A stretch of DNA of 64,000 bases. Origin: Octopus sinensis. Taxonomy: Eukaryota. Position numbers and translations under genes: made by a program. This document shows, piece after piece, positions 12,312 through 25,677 of the stretch. The notes beneath the pieces were generated by a model. The model saw only the letters and a list, made by a program, of their open reading frames with translations. It had not been told where the DNA came from and searched no databases. Positions within the stretch are counted from its first letter, which is position 1, and every line of letters starts with the position of its first letter. Where the stretch lies: positions 62,001 to 126,000 of the forward strand of contig NC_043023.1 of the NCBI RefSeq assembly GCF_006345805.1, read 5' to 3'.

Positions 12312-13200
12312 TATTACTTGTTTCAGACATTGGTCTGTGGCCATGTAGGAGCACCGCCTTGAAGGCGAACGAATCAAACCAGTACTTATTTATTTTTTAA
12401 GTCTGGTATTTATTCTGTCGGTCTCAATTGCCGAACCGCTAAGTTACATGAAGTAAACAAACCAACACCGATTGTGGCGCGCGCGCATACACAGACGTAT
12501 ATAAAATACTAGCATCCCGTCGGTTACGACGACGAGTTAATTCGATCAACGGAACAGCCTGCTCGTGAAAGTAACGTGCAAGTGGCTGAGTATTCCACAG
12601 ACTCGAGTACCCTTAACATAGCTCTCAGTAAAATTCAGCGTGACGCAGAATGTAACAAGGCTCGTCCATTTTGGCAGTTACGTGGACTCCAACAATGTCA
12701 AATTAAATATCTTGCTTAAGGACATAACGTTCCACCAAGAATCGAACTCGCAACCTTTCGATCGTGAGCCGAATAACCTAACTAGTAAACCACCCGCCTT
12801 CAATATATGCATGTGTATACGCGCGTTTATCATCTGTCTATCTATCTATCTATCTATCTATCTGCCTGTCTGTCTCTATCTATCTGTCTATATATCTATC
12901 TATCTATCTGTCTATCTATCTATCTGTCTATCTATCTATCTGTCTATCTATCTATCTGTCTATCTATCTATCTATCTATCTATATATCTATCTATCTATC
13001 TGTCGGTCTATCTTTACGCGCACACACACACACATGATGGGCTTCTTTCAGGTTCAATCTACCAAATCTACTCACAAGGTTTTGCTTACTCCGAGGTTGT
13101 ATAGTAGAAACACTTGTCTAACGTACCACGCACTGGGATTGAACATGGAACCATGTGGTTGGGAAGCAAACATCTTACCACACAGTCATGCCTGCGCCTA
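12312..13200 (-). mobile_element. SINE family A (12312-12476 + 13035-13200) split by SINE family C (12510-12800) and (TATC)n
   Basis: Halves are consecutive in the consensus; insert is rc of the 11543 family. Confidence 0.75.
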
Positions 13201-13438
13201 GAATTTGTCTCAAACTTCTGTTTTTTTTTAAGAGAAAGGATATCTGGAATAAGTGGCGTTTGGGTATATTATTAAGATGATAGAGAGACGTGAGTTAAAA
13301 AGAAGAAAAAAGATTTCAAAGTCGAATGATAAAATTTAGAAAAACATTGAATGCTTAGGAGGAAAAAATGCAGAAAGAACAACAGATGATTGATGTGTTC
13401 AAACATTGAAGAAAGGCAGATGGTATGAAGAGCTATGT

Positions 13439-13675
13439 AAGGCGGCGAGCTGGCAGAAACGTTAGCACGTTGGCCGATATGCTTAGCGGTATTTCGGCTG
13501 CCGTTACGTTGTGAGTTCAAATTCCACCGAGGTCGACTTTGCCTTTCATCCTTTCGGGGTCGATAAATTAAGTACCAGTTACGCATTGGGGTCGATGTAA
13601 TCGACTTAATACCTATGTCTGTCCTTGTTTGTCCACTCTATGTTTAGCCCCTTGTGGGTAGTAAAGAAATAGGTA
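13439..13675 (+). mobile_element. SINE family B (truncated long form) inserted in purine-rich repeat
   Basis: Consensus match; purine-rich sequence continues on both sides. Confidence 0.8.
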
Positions 13676-14021
13676 TGAAGATGATAGAACGAAGAGTAAG
13701 GGATGAGTTAAAAAGACAGACGATAGAAAGAAATGAGATGCAACGGAAAGCAGGCGATAAGTTGGGGAGAAAGAAAAAAGTGAGATGAAAAGAAGAAAAA
13801 CAATAAAAAATACTTTGGAATAAAAAAGGTGAATTTGATGTGAAGAACAACGATAGGGGTACATCGAAGAAAAGACAGGCGATAAAAAGAAAGGGCGAAT
13901 AACAGGAGTTTAAAATATGGGGGAAACCTGAAAAGAAAGGACGGCAATAAGATGAAGAAGATATAGGTAAGAAAAAGGAAAACATATAGGTAGAAAGAAG
14001 GACGTCGGGTACCATTTAAAG

Positions 14022-14452
14022 CAGTGCTTCTCAATCATTTTTTACCCTTGGACCCCCTTTGATTACGTTTTTTTTTTTTATTCTGGTGGACCCCTTTCGG
14101 TGTTTAAAAACTAGTTTTATACATACTTCTTTCAAAATTTCTACTTTGCTTTTTACGCGTTGCGTAGGTTGAATTATGTAAAACATTAAAGAAGAAACCT
14201 AGCTATTTCTTGCAGGAAATATATAATCTTTTATAATCTTTTACTTGTTTCAGTCATTTGACCCCGGCCATGCTGGAGCACCGCCTTTAATCGAGCAACT
14301 CGACCCCGGAACTTATTCTTTGTAAGCCCAGTACTTATTCTATCAGTCTCTTTTTGCCGAACCGCTAAGTTACGGGGACATAAACACCCCAGCATCGGTT
14401 GTCAAGCAATGCTAGGGGGACAAACACAGACACACAAACATACACGCACACA

Positions 14453-14518
<66 letters not shown>

Positions 14519-14810
14519 TATGACGGGCTTCTTTCAGTTTCCGTCTACCAAATCCACTCACAAGGCATTGGTCGGCCCGAGGCTATAGTAGAAGACACTT
14601 GTCCAAGGTGCCACGCAGTGGGACTGAACCCGGAACCATGTGGTTGGTAAGCAAGCTACTTATCACACAGCCACTCCTGCGCCTATCTAACACAAAATTT
14701 TTTCATGCACCCATAAAATACAGCTGTAGACCCAATTTACTATTTTGCCTGCGTGGACCAACCCCACCAACAAAAAAAAATCTTATATGGACCGCAGTTG
14801 AGAACCACTG
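14022..14810. mobile_element. hAT MITE with perfect 8-bp TSD, carrying a nested SINE A (14228-14686, minus)
   Basis: ATTTAAAG|CAGTGCTTCTCAAT...GTTGAGAACCACTG|ATTTAAAG; body homologous to 109-448. Confidence 0.92.
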
Positions 14811-15438
14811 ATTTAAAGTAGAGAGAGTCATTGGTAGAAAGGAAAAGAATAAGAGGAGAATAAAAACAAAAGATAAAAAGCGGGCGATATTTTCAGAATA
14901 AAAGTGAAAATCTGAAAGAAAGGCAGACGATAATTTGCATAGAGCAGGGAATTGAACGAATGATAGTTGTTGAGAAAAGTTAGATAAATGGAAGACAGAT
15001 AGAAGAAATGGAAAGGAGAAAAGAAAGGTTACATTTCAGAGGGGAGTGGAAGCATTAAAAGACGATTAGAAAGAAGCGGGGAGCGGGGAGAAATGAAGGA
15101 AGAACAGATGAAAGAAATAATGATAAAGAAAGAATTAACACATGAACGAATGAGTGAATGAGAGACCAAGACAGAAGCAGAAAGGAAGAATGAAAGAAAG
15201 TTAGGGCTGAGAGAAAAAAACCGACGAAAAGCAGCAGACGATAAAAAGAAAATACTACATAGAATGATAGATAAAGATTGGGAGGGAATATTTGAATGAA
15301 AGGCAAATGATAGAAAGAAATACGGAAGGTAGAAGATGTTTTTAACAAAAAGAAGTTTGAGACAAACAGTTTAACCGGGTGAAAGACAAACACATAGGCA
15401 AGCTTAGAGATAGACAAGTGGGTAGACAAGCAACGGAT

Positions 15439-15439
<1 letters not shown>

Positions 15440-15473
<34 letters not shown>

Positions 15474-15556
15474 GTCAGGAAGATAGATGGAAAGACAGAC
15501 AGACAGACAGACAGGAAGATAGATAGATAGATAGATAGATGGATAGATAGATAGAT

Positions 15557-15593
<37 letters not shown>

Positions 15594-15624
15594 GAAAGAG
15601 AGAGAGAGAGAGAGATAGAGAAAG

Positions 15625-15683
<59 letters not shown>

Positions 15684-15714
15684 GAAAGAGAGAGAGAGAG
15701 AGAGATAGAGAAAG

Positions 15715-15766
<52 letters not shown>

Positions 15767-15828
15767 CGATAGATAGAGAAAGAGAGAGAGAGAGAGAGAG
15801 AGATAGAGAAAGAGATAGATAGATAGAT

Positions 15829-15890
<62 letters not shown>

Positions 15891-15891
15891 C

Positions 15892-15958
<67 letters not shown>

Positions 15959-16278
15959 CGATAGATACAAGGAATGTGTCGAAAAGGCAGATTAAGACAA
16001 ACCAAATAGCGGAGAAAAACAGACGGGTAGAAAGACAAGTTGTTTGTATGATGAAGAGAAACACATAGAAAGGTTGTGGCATACATACATACATACATAC
16101 ATACATACATACATACAGTGACAGACAGACAGAAAGACGGACGGACAGATATATAGATAGGCTGATTGATAGACTGACAAATAGATTGATTGATACATAA
16201 ATTGATAGACAGACAGAGAGAGATATCGATAGACAGACAGAGAGATATATCGATAGACAGACAGACAGACAGACAGAC

Positions 16279-16347
<69 letters not shown>

Positions 16348-16350
16348 CTG
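15440..16350. repeat. (GATA)n/(GA)n/(GACA)n/(TACA)n compound microsatellite
   Basis: Seen directly; a GAGAAA(GA)nTAGAGAAAGA(GATA)n block recurs at about 15590, 15680 and 15775. Confidence 0.95.
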
Positions 16351-16529
16351 TGACAGAGGCAAAGACGGCGCAACAAAAATATAAACAAAGAGAAAGAAGA
16401 CGCAGCAATATAAACAAACATTTATAGAAATCAACCGTTTGTAGGCAGTCATCTCTCACATACACACGAGCGGGGTGGGGGTGGCGGTGACATTTGTCTT
16501 GTTCCGCCTTACATAATTCCTCTCAGCAG

Positions 16530-16883
16530 ATAGATATATATATATACGCACACACATATGTATGTGTATATACATCTATATATATCACATACACACCACA
16601 CAACACACACCACACACACACATATATATATATAGATATATATATATATATATACACACATATATACATATATACATATATATTTATATACATATAAATA
16701 CATATATATATACCTATATATACATATATATTTATACATACATACATATATATATACATATACGCACACACATATGTATGTGTATATACATATGTATACA
16801 TACATACATATATATATATACACATATACATACATACATATATACATATATATATATATACAACACACACACACACACACAAT

Positions 16884-16921
<38 letters not shown>

Positions 16922-17010
16922 CTTACATATATATACATATATATATATATACTTACATATATATGCATATATATAATATATATAATATATATATTATATA
17001 TATATATATA
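16530..17010. repeat. (TA)n/(TACA)n/(CA)n microsatellite
   Basis: Seen directly. Confidence 0.95.
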
Positions 17011-17417
17011 TCGACTGTAAAAAAGTACGTTTTGTTTATCTTTCTACCGGTCTAAACAACGATGTCGGTATGTTTTCGGCCGTGAGTCTGATTATGTCCC
17101 GTAACTTAGCTGCCTGACGATTAGATTTCGATTAAAGAAGTACCCGGGAGAATATGGTCGGTTACACAGGGCAGTAAGGCATTTGTGCTCCAGTAAGGGC
17201 GCCAGTAAATGAATTGAAAACGTTGAAAGAATAGAAAAATGTGTCCGTGTGTGAGTGTATACATGTATACACACACACACATGTGCACATACGCTTATGA
17301 GAGCATACATTTTGTGTGTGCACGAATTGATATATACGTATAAATGCATGTATGTGTGTGCATGTATGTGTCTCTTCAAAAATAGGAAGACAGCACAGTT
17401 CAGGCAGACGGATAAAC

Positions 17418-18323
<906 letters not shown>

Positions 18324-18330
18324 GGTTTAC

Positions 18331-18417
18331 CTTGCTGTTGTTTTTGCTGTTATCAGCCTCAAGTTGTGAGATCGCACTACTGGCTAATAGAAGCACAAGT
18401 GAGTGAAGCAATGGCAT
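18331..18417 (-). CDS. Putative first coding exon of a secreted or membrane protein (MPLLHSLVLLLASSAISQLEADNSKNNSK, phase-0 intron)
   Basis: acaactATG (A at -3); first ATG after an in-frame TAA at about 18686; hydrophobic core and small-residue cleavage sites; ends AAG|GTAAAC; non-repetitive sequence. No homology recognised. Confidence 0.55.
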
Positions 18418-19140
18418 AGTTGTCAAGTTAGTGGTGGAGGTGGTGGTTGTGTTTGGTGGTGGTGGTTGTGCGAAGTCGCAGTGGGTGGTGCGGTGAGTGG
18501 TGCTAGTGGTTGTGGTGGTGCAGGTGGGGAGTTTTGGCGGATGACGGAGGTGGGGTAAGGCGGTGCGGGGTGTTGCGATCGTCTTAAAGGTGGTGGAGAC
18601 GTGTGTGTGTGTGTGTGTGTGTGTGTGATAGTGGCGGCGGCTGCGTTGGTGATGGGTGCGCGAAGTGGTGGTGATAGCCGTAGTTTATGTAGTGGCGGTG
18701 GTGATGGTGTGAAGTGTTGACGGAGGTGGGAGTGGGGTGGAGGTGAAGGTGATAGTACGGAACGTTGGGAATGATGTGTGACGGGTGGGAGGGGTGAAGA
18801 TGTTGGTGGTGGTGGCGGTGGCGGTTATGAGTGGTTAGCAGAGGGAGAAGTGTTGGTGGCGATCGTAGAAGCGGCGAAGCGGCGGCGGCGGCGGCGGTGG
18901 TGACGGTGGCGATGTTAAAGCGGCGATGTTGGAGATGTTGTTGTTGTTGTTGTTGTTGCTGTTGTTGTTGTTGTTGCCAAGATATATCGACTCAGGAAAA
19001 ATAAGTTGATGTGTTCGCTGTTCGTCGTGATAACATTGTGATGTTTGCGTTGTTGTTGTTGTTGTTGTTGTTGACAAGTGCCTCAGCACGAAACTCTTGT
19101 CCCTAGACTTCACTTCTGTATCAATCTCGGCAAATAAATA
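18418..19140 (-). promoter_or_regulatory. GC/CpG-rich leader (probable 5' UTR / TSS region) with CCA, CCG, CAA and CA repeats
   Basis: Most CpG-dense host-like stretch in an AT-rich window; directly upstream of the ATG. Confidence 0.4.
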
Positions 19141-19149
19141 TATACACAC

Positions 19150-19416
19150 GCGCACACGCACATATGTACACATGCATAGATATACATTCATCTAGACACA
19201 CATACATATACACATATCTCTTCATGCACACACATATATGTTCACACATACATATACACACACACATATGTTCATACACGTGCACCCGCGTGCATGTAAT
19301 GTATATTTATGTTTATTTGTATACATGTGTACGTCCCTCTCTACATATATGTACATATGCATACATACACACATACACACGCATATATTCAGAGAATAAA
19401 GCTTTATATGTGTGTG

Positions 19417-19468
<52 letters not shown>

Positions 19469-19704
19469 TGTGTACGATCGTCTGTATACATATGTGTGTA
19501 TGTGTATAATGCATATGTATAAGTATTTGTATGAATGTGTGTATGTATATATACGTACATACATGTATGTGTGTGTATATATATATATAGTATGCCGATG
19601 GCGCTGCTAGAAGTTCGTGGTGTAATAATGAAGTTTTGGTTTCGCACCCGTTGCGTGTCGTCTTGGACAAATATTATTTTGTAAAGCCTTGGCTGATCCC
19701 ATAC

Positions 19705-19790
<86 letters not shown>
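19150..19790. repeat. (CA/TA)n, (GA)n and (GT)n microsatellites
   Basis: Seen directly. Confidence 0.9.
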
Positions 19791-20369
19791 CCCGTTTGAC
19801 TCAGAATATCATTATTTAAAGTTTTAGAAATATACTCCTAATCGTATTTTGGGGCCGAATTCAGGAGTGATTGGAGGCAGGGGCTGAATTTGATGCCAGA
19901 ATCGCAACTACTGGTTCAGTAATGTGCCATTCCAGTCGGGGCCTCCGAGAGGGGGGTCCAACCGGTACTTTGTTCCGGGACTTAAGAGCTAACGATGACC
20001 CTACAACAACCATGCAACACCCTCCACTCCGAAAACAAACACTTTCTATCACCCCCAGCCCGACATACACTTACATCCACGTACACAAGCATCCCTCTAC
20101 ATACCTATACATATCCATGCCACACTTCTTTTTATTAGTATTTATCGTTAATCATAGTTGTATAGACATATGATAACACCAAGAGTATCTACCTACAGCC
20201 CGGCGCCCAAAGGGGTCTTGTACCGCCTTGCAAAATTTCTCTTGGAGGCTCTGGCTCCAGCATTCGATCCTCAAAAGAGAAAAGGTTGGTTAAAAAATCC
20301 AAACCCCTTATCATCAATATGGTTTTTGTCTATCTTCACCTCTCATGTGTTTCCTCACCTTTCGCGTTA

Positions 20370-20800
20370 TTCCTCACCTGTTGCGTCAATCTGCACCATT
20401 CGTGGCTATCCTCGCCATTTCAGCCTCAACCAGCCGAAATAAGGTTCCTCTCGAGAAACTCTAGAGTAACCTTACTCGACAGGGTGCATAGCTCAGAGAT
20501 TAGGGTGTCTCTCCAGGTAGAGCCGCTACTTCTCTGCATTGACTGGTCACAGGTCTGATACTACGGACATGTAATTCAAAATTCGTAGAAAAAGATAACA
20601 AGAAGGACTCTTCAAGCCAAGCCCAACAGGCAGGAAACTTGGGGTTGGAACCTGGAATGAGATAGCTAGATAATATCCATGGTTTCCGTTGGTCACGCTT
20701 AAGAATTCGTCGGGAAATCATTATACTTAGAATGATGGTTATTTCTGATAGAACCTTATGGAGGAAGTGTGTGAAGATTCTCCTCAGGGACTGATTAAGA
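20370..20800 (+). mobile_element. RTE-clade LINE 3' coding remnant
   Basis: AEIRFLSRNSRVTLLDRVHSSEIRVSLQVEPLLLCIDWSQV*YYGHVI matches the RTE post-RT AEMKFLR...RW.GHV motif. Confidence 0.7.
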
Positions 20801-21181
20801 TTCTTTAAGTAATTTACAGTAATTTAAAGTAATTTTTTAATTTTTTAAAATGAAACTAACAAAAAGATCTAAAATAATTATTTCCTTTTTTTAATTGCGA
20901 TCCTTAAAATTAATCTTACATAACACACTTTCTCCAATACTTTATAGAAATAAGGCATCCCGAGTATTATTTTATCAAGTTTAAAGTAAATTTTTTCGTG
21001 CCATAGACCATTTACCATTTTGTGGTGTCTCCTTTTCTTGATGTCCTAAGCACGTGCTTATTTTGCTTAATGGTTAATCCAGCACCGATTCTACCCAATG
21101 ATCTCTAATAAAAACTGTCTGGGACAACCTGCCTAACTCCAGCCAGCATCGAAGAGTGGACGTAAAATAATAATAATAATA

Positions 21182-21223
<42 letters not shown>

Positions 21224-21270
21224 GTGATGATGGTGGTGGTGGTGGTGGTGGTGGTGGTGGTGGTGGTGGT

Positions 21271-21988
21271 GATTTCTTTATTGACCACAAAGGGTTTACA
21301 TCAAGACAAACATTATGAACAGCACAAGACAAAACATTGAATGTGTGTATGAGTGCGTGTTTGTGCTGCTTTGAGGATTTTGCGTGTAAACAAGTCAAAC
21401 CAAAAAAAAAACCCAACAATTTAACAATGTGTAATCAATAGGGAGGAGACGTTCCAGGGCTGCTCATGGAAAAAAAACCCATAAAACCATGGGTGTCATG
21501 ACTTCTGGGCCAGGTGTCTTTTCTCAGTTCCTTATCTCCGATTTACAGATGTATGCTCAGGGCAGGTCCGTTCACTTGCACCATGCTCGCCACTCTCATC
21601 CCCTTTCAATAAAATGACTTCAAGGCAACACTTCCTTCTCTGCCCTTATTCTTCTCTTCAAGTGAAACCTGAAGATGTTGATGAGGGATTGACCACAAGG
21701 GAAAGTATTCTTCTGTCCCTTCAACCTTGTCCACCACACAACCTCATTCGCCATGGCTATCAGGCATATAAAAACTGCCTGCCAATTCCTGGATAAAAGA
21801 AAGTGGCGAGGCGATTTTCACAGTGGATTCAGTTGAAAGCTGGATCCACCCTTCATGCAGCAGCGGGTGTTCGACATAAGCCAACAGGTCAGTAATGCTT
21901 GAGCATTGGACGAGTGCATGCAAGGTTTCGACGGTCAGCACGCATCTTGGACATGCTTGGCTGACGGCACTTCCGTGCCTGTGGAGTT
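21271..21988 (-). mobile_element. L1/Tx1-like LINE 3' fragment ending in (CCA)n/(CAT)n
   Basis: CCHC knuckle CPRCVLTVETLHALVQC followed by a Tx1-like C-terminal region with frameshifts. Confidence 0.65.
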
Positions 21989-21993
21989 TTATT

Positions 21994-22034
<41 letters not shown>

Positions 22035-22035
22035 T

Positions 22036-22431
22036 CTCTTTTACTCTTTTACTTGTTTCAGTCATTTGACTGCGGCCATGCTGGAGCACCGCCTTTAGTC
22101 GAATCAAATCGACCCCAGGACTTATTCTTTGTAAGCCTAGTACTTATTCTATCGGTCTCTTTTGCCGAACCGCTAAGTTACGGGGACGTAAACACACCAG
22201 CATCGGTTGTCAAGCGATGTTAGCGGGACAAACACATACACACAAACATATACATATACATATGTACGACGGTCTTCTTTCAGTTTCCGTCTACCAAATC
22301 TACTCACAAGGCTTTGGTCAACCCAAGGCTATAGTAGAAGACACTTGCCCAAAGTGCCACGCAGTGGGACTGAACCCGGAACCATGTGGTTGGTAAGCAA
22401 GCTACTTACCACACAGCCACTCCTACGCCTA
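22036..22431 (-). mobile_element. SINE family A, full length
   Basis: Consensus match. Confidence 0.9.
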
Positions 22432-22440
22432 TATTATTTA

Positions 22441-23238
22441 CTAGCATTATGACCCGGCGTTGCCGGGTCATAATACTAGTTTGGTAAAAATTTGTTAAAT
22501 TAAAAATTTGGGGTAATAAAACATACAATGACATATTAAAAAGACGAATTAAAATTCCAGAGAAAAATACATAGAAGATAAATATACAAATTTACAAAAA
22601 TACATAAAAGTTTCGGAGATGCATCAATTAATATGAAACATATCATATATTTAAAATTGACACTCCCCTCGTCAGGATGTTTTTTACACACAACACATAG
22701 TAGACGGAAACAAATGCACAATTACATACCTGTTACATGCGAAAGACCAGACATTACGTATTCTCAAAAATACTCTTAGATACTGAATGCTACTTTATAA
22801 GCATATGATTCAATCTAGCAGCTATAGTAAATGGTATGAGCACATGTCCATCTGGACTAATTCACTTCTGCACTCAATTAAATTTTTCATCTTTTAATTT
22901 CTCCCATTCATGGTGGGCTCGCTCTAGGCAAGAAGTTAAACATTTTTTTGCCCATGATACTACATGGACCCTAAGTAAGGAATGTGTAAAATTTGAATGA
23001 AATTGGTTCTGTAGTTCTCATGTTTTAGGGAATCTGAGTAGAGAAGATATGATATTGCTGTGGGCTCGCCCTAGGCAAAAAGTTAAAAAAATTTTTGCCG
23101 ATGACACTCCCCGGACCCTAAGTAAGGCATGTGTGAAATTTGAATGAAATTGGTTGCTTAGTTATCAAGTTTTAGGGAAACACACAGACAGACAGACACA
23201 CACACACACACACATTCTCAGTTTTATATATATAGAGA
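22441..23238 (-). mobile_element. Non-autonomous Helitron
   Basis: Minus strand A|TCTCTATATATATAAAA...CCCGGCAACGCCGGG-tcataatg-CTAG|T; internal tandem pair of about 148 bp (22912-23040, 23060-23180). Confidence 0.85.
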
Positions 23239-23269
23239 TTTTCATATACACACAACAGATTAAACTGTT

Positions 23270-23941
23270 GGAAAAGAAACAATCCTAACGTCGAGCTACA
23301 AGTAACCTTAGATGCCAAGAACCCTCCTAAGTATCCTAGCTGTCCCTAGTAACATTGTTTTCTGGAGTTGTACTAAACTAGGTTTTATGCCTATTTCCTC
23401 TATCCATCTGTTCAAATCTTGAGGAGTAGTTCTCAATGCACCTATAACTAATGGGATACATTTTACCCCTACTTTTTATAACCTTTGTAACTCAATAGCT
23501 TGGTCCTGGTACCTTGCTATTTTACTTTATACCTCTTATATTGATTTTTTCATCATTTGGGACTGTGAAATCAATTACCTGCCACTTTCTATTCTCTTTA
23601 TCTACTATAACTAAACCAGGCCTTCTAGCTTCTATTTCTCTGTCAATCTGAATGCTGAAGTCCCACATCTTGTATTTCTTACTTTCTAGAACTTTACTAG
23701 GTTCATGTTCATACCATTTATTAGTGTGTTCAAATGCTAGCTTTCTACACAACTCCCAATGGATTACTCTCCCTAGATTGTCATGTCTTTTCTTCTATTC
23801 TTTCTGTGCCAGCATGTTAAATTCATTTACTATATGAGTAACGCTTTCCTCTCTTGATTTGCATAACCTACATTGGGAATCTACTTGGTTTTTGTCTATC
23901 TTGGCTTTAATCCAATTAGCCCTTAATGCTCGATTATCATT
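23270..23941 (-). mobile_element. R4/Dong-type retrotransposon 3' fragment (subfamily B)
   Basis: CRLCKSREESVTHIVNE (decayed CCHC), RH.....IHWELC, WYEHEP, RRP.LVIVD, LLGTARILRRVL. Confidence 0.85.
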
Positions 23942-24186
23942 AAGGTGGCGAGCTGGAATAATCGTTAGGACGCCGGGCGAAATGTTTAGCGCTATTTCGT
24001 CTACCGCCACCTTCTAAGTTCGAATTCCGCCGAAGTCGACTTTGCCTTTCATCCTTTTGGGGTTGATAAATTAAGTACCAGCTGAGTACTGGGATTGATC
24101 TAATCGATTAGTCCCCTTCCCCCAAATTTGAGACCATTTGCTTCCAGTAGAAAGGATTATAATTATTATTATTATTATTATTATTA

Positions 24187-24222
<36 letters not shown>

Positions 24223-25158
24223 AGCGGTAAACTAGCAGAATCGTTAGCAAACTGGACGAAATGCTTAGCGGCATTTCGCCTGCCGTTAAGTTCTGAGTTT
24301 AAATTCCGCCGAGGTCGACTTTGCCTTTCATCCTTTCGGGCTCGATTAAATAAATACCAGTTACGCACTGGGGTCGATATAATCTACTTAATCCGTTTGT
24401 CTGTCCTTGTTTGTCCTCACGGTGTTTAGCCCCTTGTGAGTAGCAAAGAGATAGGTATTTCGCCTGTCGTTCCGTTCTCAGTTCAAATTCTGCCTAGGTT
24501 GACTTTGACTTCCGTCCTTTCGGGATCGATAAATCAAGCGCCAGTGAAACACTGGAGTCGATGTGATCAAGCAGCCCCTTCCCCCAAAATTTCAGGCCTT
24601 GTACTTTTGTAGTTTTAGAAGAAAGAATTATTATTATTATTATTCTATGTTTGACTTTTGCTTTACATTTGTACAAGTTGACTCCAAGTCTCACCCAGAG
24701 ACCTCAAGAGACAACAGGTTGGAAGTTCGTGATGTTGTTATGCCTAGTGTGCCATATATTTGGTTTCGTATTTAGTGTTGTACAAGTGAATGTCAAAAAA
24801 ATTATTATTATTATTATTATTATTATCATCATCATCATCATCATCATCATCATTATTATTATTCTCATTATTATTATTATCATTATTATTATTATTATTA
24901 TTATTATTGTTGTTGTTGTTGTTGACAATAATAATAATAATAATCTTTCTACTATAGGCACAAGCCCTGAAATTTGTTGGGAGGGGGATAGTCCATTACA
25001 TTAACCCCTAATACTTGACAGATACTTAATTTATCGACCCCGAAAGGATGAAAGGCAAAGTTGACCTCGGTGGAATTTGAGCTCAGAACGTTAAGGCGGA
25101 CGAAATACAGCAAAGCATTTCGCCCGACGCGCTAACGATTCTGCCAGCTCGCTGCCTT
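23942..25158. mobile_element. SINE B cluster (23942-24158 +, 24221-24625 + long form, 24944-25158 -) with an R4-A 3' UTR (24646-24795, -) in ATT/TAA arrays
   Basis: Consensus matches; UTR is rc of 30080-30211. Confidence 0.8.
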
Positions 25159-25227
25159 GATAATAATAACACTACTACTACTAATAATAATTATAATGAT
25201 GATGATGATGATGATAGTAATAATAAT

Positions 25228-25584
25228 AACCTGAAGAGTAGAACAATACCTGTTGTCATAAGTGCCCTAGGAATGATAGTAAAAGGGGCTGATTGCTACC
25301 TAGCTCAGATACCAAGAAACCCCAAAATGGCAGAAATTCAAAAGATAGTGCTCAGGAGAGCTGCCCATATCCTACGCAAAATGCTTTTTATGTAATCTCA
25401 AATTTTAAAACAAACATAATTTTCTTATGGTTTCTTAAACATTCTCTAGAACAACACTATATACAAAACCAAATATATGGCACCCTAGGCATAACACCAA
25501 CATGAACTTCTAACTTGTTGTCTCTTGAGGTCTCTGGGTGAGACTTGGAGCCAACTTGTACAAATGGAAAGCAAAAGTCAAACA
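25228..25584 (+). mobile_element. R4/Dong subfamily A 3' end
   Basis: NLKSRTIPVVISALGMIVKGADCYLAQIPRNPKMAEIQK; near-identical to 29850-30211; (TAA)n on both sides. Confidence 0.88.
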
Positions 25585-25585
25585 A

Positions 25586-25634
<49 letters not shown>

Positions 25635-25677
25635 TGATGATGATGATGATGGTCACTCCCGTCGGTTTCGACGTATA

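Noticed and set aside
15590-15800. Regularly spaced repeated blocks (CRISPR-like spacing)
   Set aside because: Higher-order microsatellite slippage with no unique spacers, in eukaryotic DNA
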